Assembly: GCF_018977255.1 (NCBI RefSeq)
Contig: NW_024704742.1
Coordinates: 119,910,001-119,974,000, forward strand
Direction: 5' to 3'
From: Callorhinchus milii
Taxonomy: Eukaryota
Length of the DNA: 64,000 nucleotides
Shown here: piece by piece, positions 13,843-27,089 of the stretch
Numbering within the stretch: position 1 is the first letter of the stretch
How the letters are laid out: each line of letters opens with the position of its first letter
The notes under the pieces: model-generated
Database searches by the model: none
Told to the model about the DNA's origin: nothing
Seen by the model: the letters and a program-made list of their open reading frames with translations, nothing else
Program-made: the position numbers and the translations under genes

Positions 13843-14956
13843 TATTCAAATGTAAGATCAGGTAAATGGATTTAGAGTAGATACAGTGAAGGAGGAGTTC
13901 AGCACAGTAAGTCAATTAGGCTTCTGTTCTTAATTTCTATGATTCTATTCAATGTTGCTTTTTGAAACATATTTCACTGGTTTAGAGAAAATCCAATACA
14001 TAGACACGTAGTCATCATTTATGGAGTTTTCTGCTCAATTACTCCAAACATTACATTGTTCATATTAAAAACATTTTTTAAAAAGTAGCTTCTTTCACAT
14101 GTTGAGCCATTGACTATGCATTTCCAGTTTTCATTTGTTAAAGCCTAAAGATACAATATTGGTCACTACAATACACAGTAAATGTTCTTCCTCACATTCT
14201 GACTCTGACCAAGATTGCTTTTCTTCACCTTATTGCCCGCTTCCGTTCTTTCAACAACTATATCTTGGCTTTCACTCAGGGTATTGTATCGGGCCGGTGA
14301 TCTCATATCAAATGCCTCAATTGTGCTTTCGATACCTCCCGACTAGACTTCTTAAATGCACTCTTACCTAGTTCAACCATCCATAAGCTCCAGCTGATAC
14401 AAAACTCTAACACCTAGAGCTTCACCCTTGTCAAACTTTGCATGTTCATCACTGCAATCCTCAACAGGCTACAGTCTCCCAATGGCTTGGCTTCACGGCC
14501 CTCACCTTCACCTACAAATCCCTTCAAGCTCTAGAACCTCTCTATCTCTGATCTTCTTCTACCCCATTCTTCTGCTTGCTTCTTCCCCTCAGCAAACTTG
14601 CGTTTATTGTGTGTTCCCTCCATACCACCAACGTTGGCTGAGCCTTCAACAACTACACCTCTAACCTCTGCTGTTCCCTCTGTCTACCCCTCTCTATCAG
14701 TCTTTAAATCCTGCCTAAAACGTATCTTTTCAACCACACTCACATAAAATTTACGATCACAAGGTTGTTCACCCACAAAATACGGTCATTCCACTTTATA
14801 CTAAATCCTGTGAAATATTATGACACTTTCCAGATGTGAAGCTCTCTATAAATTGTAAGGATTATTATTAATTATTACTGATTAACATCAATAAAGTGAA
14901 CAGCTGAAAAAGTTAAACAATTTTCTTGGCAGGCAAAAACAAGGAGACTATCTCAC

Positions 14957-15145
14957 CTTTGGAAGCTCTTCAATCTGGTTAGCGTCTAAATAAAGTTCTT
15001 CTAAGGTCTTGTCAAAAGAGAAGATCTCCTTGGGGACTTGCTCCAGACTGCAGTGTGAATAGTCCAACACAGTGACCGCTTCCTCTTCTCCTCGTAGACA
15101 GCGACATGGCACCAACCGTCCAAATATATTGCGCTTCGACGTCAT
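14957..15145 (-). CDS. ERBIN: Erbin (ERBB2-interacting LAP/LRR protein), first coding exon; whole exon 14957..15154
   Basis: 189 nt translate to [63 protein letters not shown]. Acceptor tttgcAG|TGCCTGATCATG, donor AAG|GTgaga. CRCLRGEEE and [10 protein letters not shown] match ERBIN rather than LRRC7 (CRCFRGEEE, SLQQVPKEVF) as I recall them. Confidence 0.93.
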
Positions 15146-16549
15146 GATCAGGCACTGCAAACACACACCCCAGATTTAGTTTTTGTAGCTGTGTATCCTT
15201 AAAAACAGTACACTCCAACTCATATAAAAAATGTAGAAAACAAAAGTAACATTGAGCTTCCGAAACACACAACAATGAATCCCTGAAGTGTGTTTGGAAG
15301 CAATGTGTGTGTAAATTCATGAGGAAGTCAAGACTGTAAATTCTTGAGGAAGCCTCTGTTGTGCTTGTTTTACGTAGATTCATATTTGATGACATTAACC
15401 TTTGACCACAAGTATACAGCAGAACAGCAGAATTAAAATAATTGTGTAGATAAATAACTGCAAACACCCTTTATCCTCTTGTCATCTGGTGGTTTATTAT
15501 AATAAACATTCAAATTGGATCACAAGTACAGTATTAAAAGGTACAATTTAGATTTTTAAAAATGCATAAAATTATTGTTTAGAAAGATATTCAAGCACCA
15601 TAAAACTAGATATTTTGATTAGCAGCTGTTAGTGAGCCAGGTTTCTATATATAAAAAAAATTGCACACATAAAGTACTTATTTCCCTGGTTGGGAAATGG
15701 AAATATGTTACATTCAACATCAGACACAACCCTAAGCTGAACCAAACATCACATCATTATTGTCACTTAATGATCCAGTGACATTTCCATTTACCTAACT
15801 TCCAGAACAACATTGCTGATATCCTGTCAACTTTGCTAAATTGAGGGGCAGCTCTGAACAAAGAATGAAGTAAGAATGTGCATTTTTAGAGTGCCATTAT
15901 TATCACACTTCTCAAAGCCCTTTAAAGTAAATACAGTCAAGTACAGTAACTACTTTTTCAGGGAAATACAGAAGCTATTCTGCTGAAGCAAAGATCCCAC
16001 AGACAAAACTGTCATCAGGTGAACAACCAATTTATCTGGAGGATTCCAGGGTGTAATTCTGACTTCAATAGCTTGCTCAATTGTCCATTCTTCAGGTGCA
16101 AGAATGGACAATGAGAATCAGCAGGATATTCAACTGCGTGCCCGAGAGAGGGAGGAGCTCATGCAGATTTAAATGGGTGCCGCTGCTCACATTGGTCATC
16201 TCAAAGCCCCTGAGATATCAAGTTTGTGGTGTCGTCATCGCAACAGGTTTATGCACAACCCTCTGGAACCCAAAATGACCCTGAGATGAAGGAACATTTG
16301 AGAACAAAGGTCAGAGATTGGTGAAGAAATTAAGTGGCCAAAAACCTGGCACAATTGTTGGTTACTGCTAACTTTGTTTTCCTCAACATCAGACATTCTA
16401 GAAAGTAATGCATATCAATCTCCACTATTACACAGCAACAGCATTTAGCACGAGTGAGCGTGGACAGACCACAGGATCAGCAGTTGAGTATTTTAAACAG
16501 CACAGTAGTAAAACGAGCAGTGCTATGAAAACCCAATTCAAGCCTAATT

Positions 16550-16823
16550 CTTCTCTTTGACCGTGCCTTCAGCTCCCCTCTCGACTCTCTTCCCCCTCCT
16601 CGCTCCTTCCCTCCCCTCACCCTGACCATTTCCCCCCTCCTTGCTCCCTCCCTTCCCTCCCCTCACCCTGACCATTTCCCCCCTCCTCGCTCCCTCCCTT
16701 CCCTCCCCTCACCCTGACCATTTCCCCCCTGCTCGGGTCATGACCCAACTGTGCAGCGCCTTGGGACGTCCTCCTGACGTGAAAGGCGCTTTATAAATGG
16801 AATCTTGTTGTTGTTGTTGTTGT
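16550..16823 (+). mobile_element. L2 3' UTR with a triplicated ~46-bp C-rich unit
   Basis: Matches the reverse complement of 6368..6540; CCTGACCATTTCCCCCCT recurs at 16621, 16667 and 16713; (TTG)n tail. Confidence 0.88.
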
Positions 16824-17049
16824 AATTCAATATATATTGGCTGTTCACCTCTGACAGCAAGTCCCTGGGACCTGACTACAAATAACATGGCTACAACTGA
16901 GAACTTAGCCAAATAAGAACTCTTGGGGCAAGGGAAACCGGGGAAACTCTCATCGACTACCACCCTTTGGCACATTATAACATTGATGCTTTGAGCCTTC
17001 TAGAGAGGCATTTTAATGGTTTTCTCCACTATTTACATAATGTGTGGCA

Positions 17050-17835
17050 TCATATGAGAGATTAGGAACATATAACAGGAGAGGCCATTCAGCCCCCGAG
17101 CCTGTTCCACCATTTTTTAAGGTCATGGCTGATCTGTATCTCAATTCCATTGGTCTGCCTTTTCTCCATATCTCTTTATATTCTTACCTNAAAAATCTTT
17201 CAACCCATCTTGAAAATTCCAATTGACCCAGTGCTCTTTTTACTACTGTGCTGTTTAAAATACTCAATTCCTGTCCAGTGGTCTGCACGCATATTTGTGC
17301 TTAATGCCTTTGCTATGTGATGGTGGAGCTTGATATATGTATTGCTTTCCATAACACCCGATCTGAAGGAAAGTAAAGTCAGCAGTAACCAAAAGTGGTG
17401 TGTGACTTTTGGACCACATCCCTTTGTGCGCAAAAAAAAATGCTTCCTGATTTCACTACCTCTAGCTCTAATTTTTAGATTATGTCCCTTTGTCCTGGAT
17501 TCCCTCACCAGAGGAAATAGTTTCTCTGTATCTACACTATCACTTAACTGGTTGTCATTTTAAACACCTCAGTCAGACCACCCTCACCTTCTGAACTCCA
17601 GGGAATACAAACTAAGTTTATGCAACCTATCCTCATGAACTGCAAGTTGGTATTGTTGTAATTTAACCTCTTCAGACCCAAAATCATTCTGGTGAATCTG
17701 TGCTTTTTCCTCTCCAAGGCCAATATATTTTTCCTGAGGTGAGATGCCCAGATCTGAATGCAGTGCTCCAGATGGGGTCTGTCCAAGGCTCTACAAAACT
17801 GAAGCATTACTTCCTCGCTTTTATATTCTAACCCC
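17050..17835 (-). mobile_element. CR1 3' fragment interrupted by a non-CR1 insert (17230..17416)
   Basis: GLEYKSEEVMLQ..ALDRPHLEHCIQIW and ESRTKGHNLKIR; CR1 tail at 17050..17140. Confidence 0.85.
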
Positions 17836-19964
17836 CAATGGTGGGAACTGTTGGGGATTGGAATCAAATACAAAATATAAATTACTAAGAGTGGGAACTG
17901 AAAATAAAAAGAAATGGACAAAATGTACAATACAACTATGTGAAAAGTGTTTATGTACTCTGAAGCCTAAATCATAATAGATACTTTCATTTAAAAAAAC
18001 TTCCACAGTTGAAGGGTTCTTTTTTCAAATCAGTTTTTTCATCAATCAGATAGCTATGAAATAGCTGTCATACTGCAGACAGAAACTAAAACTTTCACAC
18101 TGTTTGGCAGAGTCTAGTTTATTCTTCAAAAAACAAGCACTTAAGTAATGTCTGCAAAAGAACATAAAAGTTTAATAATAATGGAAAATCTGATCTTAAG
18201 ACTCCATCTGCAGTTTACAATTACAGAAAAAACAATTATACTGATTTACTGAAGTACATTTAAGCCAATTTTCCATTTTAGCAGCCATAGTTTCGTTTTT
18301 TTATTTTAAAAAATAAGAGTAATTGCAAAACAAAGGGAAATATAGTTCCAAAAAAAAGTTTACAAGAAAAAAAGTTTCAAGCAAACTGCTGAAAAACGTT
18401 TTGATCTGCTACTCGGGGAAAATGCAGCACATCAGACTCTGTCGTGGCTGGGCTGATTTCAGAAGACAAGCGTCACTGTTCCTTCCCCCAGGCTGTCAAA
18501 ACCAGTAAAGCACCAGTAAAATAGATCACAAAGGGCTGGTTTTGGCTGCGTACTTCCTGTTATACTGTACAAACTGCTGATGCAAGGTCAAGAGTTTCCC
18601 ACTAATTTACGTCTATAATCTCTCCCTCTGCTGTTTCCTTGAATCATGCAGTCCTTTCCTAACAATGTCTGGACAGCAGTGAAAAAGGGACATTGTTAGA
18701 AACCTGTATTGGTTAATTGTTTGCTTTAATTTTAACACTCTTACGACTTTTTTTTTCTAAAAAAGCATTCACATTCAGAACCTACAAAGATTAGTTAGTG
18801 TCTCCTACACTCACTTCTGTGTAACTTTTTTAAAAAAAAATGAGGTTGGTGGATAAGTCTACGTTATTGGAATCTTCACAAATACAACTTAACCTACTCC
18901 ATGTTCACAAGAATGGACAAAAAAGGCCCTTCGACCCATTTAACCTCGTCTATCCAGAATACCAACCATACCCTCTGCCCTTTACAACATCAAGTTGTTT
19001 ATTAACCAAGTCCAGAGTTTCGACCTCAACCGTCCTGCCGATTAACCTTGCCCAGCTGTTGATTTCCCTCTGTGCTCAACTGAAAGAAGCCACTTAATCC
19101 CCAACACAACACAGGCATTTCAAAATTCTGACTCATCTGAAACATTGCAAAACAATTTACAGCTCAGTGAAGCAGGGTGGTTCCCTCGGAATCAAGAGTC
19201 AAAAGTCCCAGCCTGATAAAATTCCAATTCTCAAGTGCCATCCTATCTTTTTGCAGAACCGTTTTGTGGTTATTTACTATCTTCTGAAAATCTCGAAGTA
19301 GAATTAAACTCGGGCTTCCAATCGAGAAAATTACTTGCTGGTCTCAGTTTAGCAATCTAGATTTTGAGCACAGTGTGAACCATTTGATGGAGAATTGCAA
19401 CAGGCAGATTAACAGTGAAGCACTCGCCTTAACTCATGATCATGATGCAGTTACCAAGGGCTTCACTACCTGAATAAGCACCCGGGGATGCTTTATAAAT
19501 GCAAGTTGTTGAATAAAGACATTACATTTTTTTTAAATCAATGTTTTCTGTTTATGCAAATACTAGAAAGAGATAATAAACTTTTTTTTAAACTGGTGTG
19601 TATTTTAATTCCATTTCAGAATGTTGTACGAAAATATTCCTAGCTGAGCCACAATCGCGAAATTGTCTTTACATTTTGTCTTTGCAGACTCCAAGGTGAC
19701 GTTAGGAACACAGAGCCAGTGGCTTCATAATCCCCTCTTAATAAGCCATTGTTTCAGCCACTAGCAACAAAACAGAAGTGCAAGGTGTACATCAATCCGA
19801 AAAAAAGGCAGCAAATATTCTTGTGAGCAGCCTGACCCCATTGACTACCAATGATTCATTGAAGGGAGTGTACTCACTCACGTGCAAGAACTGTTTCCAT
19901 TTATGCTCACTATTTGCTATAATTATTCTGACAGTTTACAACTGGAATGTGAATCAGATTGTAG

Positions 19965-20260
19965 ATTCAAGTCCCACCTCATATTTTGAGCTGACAGTCT
20001 TGGCTGACACTACAATACAATACAGAGGGAGCCTTCCTTTAGATCTGAATGTTAAAAGATCCCATGGCACAATTTGAAAAGAGAAGTTTTTTCCTCCCGT
20101 GTCCTGACCAATAAACCCCCAGGAAAAAAGGGTAGTGCACATTATTGAGCACAAATTTGTTGTTGGATTCATAACAAATAGTGTCAGGACACTCTACGGA
20201 AACCTCTGTGAAGAGTTTTGAAACATTTCAATGTGATAAGACACTATAACAAATGTAAGG
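19965..20260 (+). mobile_element. Degraded Deu-domain SINE (SacSINE1/AmnSINE1-like)
   Basis: Contains TAAAAGATCCCATGGCACAATTTGAAAAGAG...GTGTCCTGACCAATA, the Deu core as I recall it, plus an L2-like tail. Confidence 0.65.
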
Positions 20261-22839
20261 ATCTTTATATATTTTATTCATTATTAATTTTAAAATCTTT
20301 TGGAATACGTGTTAAGCTTTTCTTAAAACACAACCAACATCAGCAGGACTTTGGTGCTTAAAATCCAAGAATATGATTTACTTAATGAATACATTAGGAG
20401 AAGACTTTTTTTTAAGCACTCAATATACAGATGGTCAAAGAATACACTTCACATTTGTACCAGGATAACAAGAGTGGAAGGTTAGCCTAAACATAATTTA
20501 CAGAAGTCTGCCTTAAGTTAAATGTGTACATGTTTTATCCTGATCCATGCAATAAATGTTAAATGGTTTATTTTGCAGATTTTACTTTCAAGTTTGGGCC
20601 CCACAAAATAATTTAATCCCTCTCCTCTTGAAGGTGCTGACACTTGCACAGCCAAAGGGCGGTTGAACTGTGGAGGAGATCATAGCTTAGTTCAATCTTC
20701 TCACCTAGAATGCATACCTTGCAGCTGAGTCACTGATAGCTTTCAGAAGCAGAAATCTTGGATGATTCTGTGCTCTTCCCTATCCAAAGGCACTAAATTC
20801 AATTTCCCCACCCTAACTGCTGCCCCCACTGCAAATAAGACAATAAGAATGACATCAAACATATGGTCCTCTGCTCAAAGGTTAAATGCACTGCCCTGTT
20901 TAGCAGTAATCTCATTCTTATCACTTTAATAATCCCCATTCCAGTTGTAAACTGTCAAGTATTGAAATGTCTATAAACAAACAGAACGAAAACAGGATAC
21001 AATTATCATCAGGGATATGCTTGAGCAAACCAATGATGCCTGGCTAATATTTCTAGTCGCTCCATATATACAGGCCTGAGTCCAAGCCTAGAGGGCAGCT
21101 TAATAGGTCCTTTTTTTAAAACAAAGGATTACAGACTAGTTAAACATTAATTGTGAGGTGTGAGTGTTTTATCGAATGCTGAATGACTGTATGCATGGCA
21201 GTGGAAGCAATAAGTTACACCTCACTCCACTAAATCCAGTGAGACAAATAAAACAGCAATCAAAGGAAGTCCAACAGACCGGAAGACATTTGGCACGTAC
21301 AGCTGTAAAGGTGCACAAAATTGATTTCAACTTGTCCAATTGGACTGAAAACTGTCTTGATTATGTGAAATAGAAGTGAAATGGTAAATAGCCAGGTGCT
21401 TGGCTGAGGAGCAATGTTCTTCCGCTCCAAACACTCCAACACAGATTGTGATAATGAATATTATAGACTGGTTGCGGGAAAATAAGAAATGTATTGCAGA
21501 ATTTCAGATGCTGAAAACTGCAGCTATGATTTGGAATAATACGTACACTTTTTTTTCTCTTCTTACAATATTTGAATTCCAGATATCCACGCAATTTAAA
21601 GGCACGGCACTACTTGAAATACACAATTGATTACACACAACACACATACACCTCGTTTTACGTAAAAGCACATATACTGGGGAAAAATAAGGAAAGTAAG
21701 GTTTAAAATGTTGACAAAAGTAAAAGAGTTAGGTCTTTAGGGCTTTTCGAAGTTAAGGAGAGTGGTAGCATAGCAAATAAAGTCTTGCATTTGATATAGC
21801 GCCTTATCACGTCTCCGAGACGTCTCAAAGGACTTCAGAATATACTTTAAAGTGAACTGACTGTATATTTTGTGGGCAAAGTAGTTATGGGAGGGAACTG
21901 TAGAAGATGGGGCAAAAAGCTTGGAGACCAATGGTGGAGAGAAGGAAGTGGAGAGTGCGCGATAACTCAGAGTCAGCATAGATACAAGGTTCCACATCTG
22001 CCTTTGTATCTCTTCATCTACCCTGTAGGTTTCTCACCTCCAGGAATTCACTGTTGCCAATAGGTAATTTCCCCTAACCGACATTTTATATTTAAGATTT
22101 CGCCCACAAAATATGCAGTCAATTCACTTCCAGTATATTCTGCGAGGCACTTCAAAACATCTCGTAGATGTGATAAGACACTATATTATATGCAAGGATT
22201 ATTATTATTATATTCATGCTTCTAACTTTGTTCAGACAAAAATTTTTTATCCCCATTCTGTACACACACGGGTTTGGTCTCAGCTTACTTCACTTCGCAT
22301 TTCTATATATAAAGCAACCATCACGAATGCTAACCAAATATAGAAAAAAATTGACACCTGGATTCAAAAACTCAGAGCTGTGGTGTGAGCAGAGCACAAC
22401 AGGATGCAATGGTTTAGGGGAAAGAATCTACACTTGACATTGCTGATAAAACTTATGCATGCAATAAGATGCAGCTCATACCTACTTATTTACTGCAAAC
22501 AGGTCCCAATCTGTATTTCGTTGTGCAGATTATTCCTAGATTTTAGCAAACAGCTAAAAACAGCTCTGAATTCAGGACTTCAATTTTGTCTTATAGCTTT
22601 ATAAAATAATTTAATATATTCTTCAAGAATAGCCTTTTATTTTATTTTAAACATTTTTTTATAGGAGTTACTGGTGAGAGTGAAGGGAGTGGGGAACTAC
22701 ATTTCAGTGGCCCTTTTTAAAAAAAATTCCATGACAACTGCATCAATTCTACTCAGTATTAACAAGAACATTTGATTCAGCACCTACGGGTGAAATACAT
22801 CTCACACAATTAGATTTTTTTTGAAATGTATAATAAAGA

Positions 22840-23380
22840 TTATTGGCCAAGACCAGGAGAAACTTCCTTCTCTTTTTGAATAGTTTAATGGGATCCTCAA
22901 CACCCACCTGAAGAAGCAGGGCTTGGTCAACACTTCATTGAAGGACAACGGTTCTGTCAATGCAGTGCTCCTAAATAGTGCACTGGAGGATCAGATAGAC
23001 AATGAGCTGATACCCACAATGTTCTGGCCTAGAAGGTCTACCTCAAATGAGCCCAGTTCATGCAGAAGAGAATAATCTTTGCATTTGATGTGGCGCCTTA
23101 TTACATCGTCAAGACATCGCAAAACATTTCATAGGATTTCACTGTGCAGTGTAGCGACTATGTCTTTTGTTGAAAGCCAATTTGTGCAGGCATTTGTCCC
23201 ACAAAAAGTCATGAAATGAATGACTAATTTTTTTTATCTGGACGATTGGTGGCCAGGACATTGGGAGAAACTCCCTTCTCTTTTCGAATAGTACCATGGG
23301 ATCATTAATGTCCACCTGAACAGGCAGACGGGACTTCAGTTCAATGTCTTGTCTGAAGGGTGCATCGCTCCCTCAGTCCT
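22840..23380 (-). mobile_element. Two adjacent degraded Deu-domain SINEs
   Basis: Reverse-complement Deu core (GGCCAGGACA..GGGAGAAACTCCCTTCTCTTTTCGAATAGTACCATGGGATC..CACCTGAACAGGCAGACGGG) at ~23250, and a more diverged copy at ~22845. Confidence 0.7.
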
Positions 23381-23422
23381 GAAAACGTCCATGTTTCTAT
23401 GCAGGATTTAAGTATCTGCTTG

Positions 23423-23683
23423 TTCCAGGCAGGGCGAAACCTTGGGCAAGTTTCCTTACTCCACACGCCTAATAATAATCCCTCCAAAACCAAAAACAAT
23501 AATAAAAATTGGTCATTTTCAATCTACGACTGTTTGTGGGACATTGCTGTGCGCAATTTGCTGCCGCGTTCGCCCACAAATATACAGTCAATTCACTTTA
23601 CAGTGTGTTCTGTGAAGCGCTTTGGGACGTCCTCCCGACGTGAAAAGCGCTATATCAAATGCAAGGTTTATTATTATTATTAT
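23423..23683 (+). mobile_element. Young tRNA-Ala-derived SINE, 5'-truncated copy
   Basis: Nearly identical to 45303..45558; (TTA)n tail. Confidence 0.9.
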
Positions 23684-26600
23684 TTGCAAATCACTCATTC
23701 AAGGCATTGAATGAGTAACGAGATTGCAGATTTTAAACTCGAACACAAAATCCAAAAGTATTCTTCACATCCAAATACTATATTGTATTGGTCAGCGTGA
23801 ACAACAAAATCCAAATATCCACAAGTAAATTCAATGCCTGTAATTGCACCTCTACAGTTAAGTGTTAATTGCATGGTTATTTCAGTTGCTGGTATTTTGT
23901 TGGCAAGAAAAATGCACAAAGCCGGTTTGTAAAAGAAAAATCATAGAGCTATCAAACAATGCTTAATGATATACCAACGTCCATCACTTAAAGCAATTAC
24001 AGTACTTCTGGTTCTTTAATTTAAGTGCTTAGTCTAATTTTATACAGTTACACACTTACACAGTGAAGGCAATTTTTTCTGATCAATCCTGATGTTTACT
24101 GAAATTGGAATTATTCAAGTACGGTTATTAATTCAGGGACAACATCATAACAAACGCATGAACAACCTTATTGAACAGGATGATAGCCACCAGCAAATAG
24201 AATTGTGCAAACAGCCCACAATGTGCTTCATAAAAATAATTGGCCCACAAGCATAATTTCAAGACAGTTGTCCAATCAGGTAAAGAGGGAAGGTTGGTTC
24301 AGATGAAGGACAAACCTTTGTTTTTGTGGTTCATACCATTATTAAAATACTTTGATTACCACCTTGAAAAGGCTCCAAGATCTACATATATTTATTTATA
24401 TACTTAAAAAAGATTCAATGAGTGTTTCAACTGATGTTCCATCAAGATGGTCCAATATGCATTCAGTCATCCTGCTCATTCTCGAACACCTTTTAGTCAT
24501 TTCCATTCTCTCCCACTGCAAAAATGATGAAAAGGATTTACTAGTTTCGATGGAAGCACTGAACTCTGAAAACCTTTATCTATCATTACAAGGAAAGGTT
24601 GTTGAGGCTAGGACAGTGAACTCATTTTTACAAAGTAGCTTGATGCAGTGATGGGAGGATAGTGGGGTAGATGATCTATAAGGATGAGATCAAATGAGCC
24701 ACAGGGCTTTCTTTATACAAGACAATCTTGTGATTAAATACAACATGAGAATTGAAATATTTTAACAAAAGGATTCTTTCCTTAATAACTCATTTTTCAG
24801 GAAACAAACACATACTTGGGAAGGAAGGGTATTAAAGAGAAAAGGCATGCAAATAGGATTAAAATATCTGTCATGTTCTAATAAAAATTGTAGAACACAC
24901 TTGATGACTGGATAGCCTAAAAATGAGTAGACCAATTTTCGCCATCTTTCCCTTATCTCAAGTCTCATTTCCTCTCACTTTAACTCTGCTAAACATAGTG
25001 AGATTGTCACAGCACAGTTAAATCAGTACTATTTTGAAATGTTATATTGGAGTTTCCAAATTGACCACAAGATTTTTTCCAGTCATCCATCCAAAGTTTC
25101 TACCTTCAATGGACAATACTGTATCTTACTATCACAACATCTTAATCAAGAGTGGCGATTTGCATAAGGTGAGTATCAAAGTGAAATTGTTAAAGATACT
25201 GAAATGCTGAAACATTTTTGTTTAAAGATAACATCAAGACGTTTCTGTTTGCTGAACAAATTTAATGTTACAAAATCCAGGAAGTATTTCTGAATGTGAA
25301 AAGATGCTGAGAACTCATGTTGTCATCTGTTTTTTCCTTCAGACATTTTGTGTTGATTTACATTTGTGATTAAGATTCCTAACGTTAAAGACAGTTTTTT
25401 TTCTCATGTTACACACACACACACACACAAAATATAGTACTGAGCATTGATAGATCTCACCAGGTATCCTAAGAATGATACAGTGAAGAATACCTAGATG
25501 TTTGCTGTGAAGAGGCAGATTCCCCCAGATTTATTTAAACCATTTTAAAGATTATCTAGAAAGAATATTGCAGCATGGAAATAGGCCATTCGGCCCAACT
25601 AGTCCGTGCTACTGTTTATATTCCACATGAGCCAGCATTCCTCCTTTTCCCCTCTCCAATACCTCTCTCTATTCCCTGAATGAACCAACTATGATTAGAA
25701 CTTCCAGGCGTTCCCCATCAACACTGCTTGGTGAATTATAACAACAACAAATTGCATTCATATGGTACTCTTCACTTGGGACAGCCCCTCAGAGCTTATA
25801 CTTGTACAAGCAAAACTCCCACATCACTGTAACGACTGAAACTGAAGCTTTGCAGTCATGGTCCATGCTCAAATGGAATCAGGAAGATCCGTTCAGCCTC
25901 AGACACAGGCAATAAATATTTAAATGCTTAAAACAAAAGAACTCACAGGACAATCACCTATTTTGTTTAAGGCAGACCTTTTTTTAAAAAAATCTATAAA
26001 AGGAGCAATATATACACAGGTACACGCAAAAACATGCAGACCTTTCTTCATATCCACAAAGAAATGCAATTCACCTCTCCCACACTGCAGAGCAATAGGA
26101 GTGAATAACAAGACAAATATTATGAACTGCTAAATATGTAGGAGCAGGGATTTGTCTGATGAGACCACATTTCTTGTGAGTGTATATGTGGGGATGAGAG
26201 GGGCGGGGTTTGGGGGCTGTTCTGTGGCCTGCATTGGTTAAGTTGTTGAGAATCAGAAAAAAAGGCATTTCCTCATATCTATTAAAACAATCAACTGTTA
26301 TTAGAAATCTCCTTCTCGAAGCCTAAATAATAATAATCCTTGCGTTTGATATGGTACCTTATCACATCATTGAGACGTCTCAAAGTGCTTCACAGAGTAT
26401 ATCGTAAAGTAGATTGACTGTATTTTGTGGGCAAAATAAAAATTATACTTAACAACTACCTAAGAGCGAGAGAATCAGAAACTGAATCCTCCCAGAATTT
26501 GTATTTACTGCACAAACACAGTCATTGGGACACCTTTGAGCAAGACATCCAACCCACCTTAATCCGAAATATTAAAGAAAACACCACAGTGGTTTGGTTA

Positions 26601-27089
26601 ATTCTTCCGGCTTCTAATTTACGAACGGTTTAGCAACCATCAAACTTAAACCTCAGTTTTGATCGATTCCCCCTCATTGCTTCCATGAAACATTAGCCAG
26701 AAAGAAGTGAAAAGGGAAATGCTACAATTAGCCTTGGGGCTAGGAAAAAGAAAATTAGTCAGGAATTGTATCTCACATTGCCCTTCTGTAACTCTGGATG
26801 GAAATTGCACTTGCCTGGACACTGGGGGGAAAGACAGATTGTATTGCCTCTCCCACCACCCACCCTTCCAAACTCACATATGAAGAATTATTATTCTGAA
26901 TACTGGAACTACAAATCTCATGAATTTACCTCGAGATGAAAAATATGAGAAATCAAAGGAATAAGACTAGTGTAGAAGAAAACACAGGCCTGAAAAAAAC
27001 TACTGTGGCTGGGAAATAATGTGATTGCAACATACAAATTTCCCAGCCACCAGAGAATACAGAAATAAGTCGGACATGCTCAGTCAGGT

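Noticed and set aside
14957..15145. LRRC7 (densin-180) instead of ERBIN
   Set aside because: Diagnostic residues ([29 protein letters not shown]) fit ERBIN better.
23360..23710. Similar ORFs at 23360, 45322 and 63097 as a small gene family
   Set aside because: They are translations of SINE copies.
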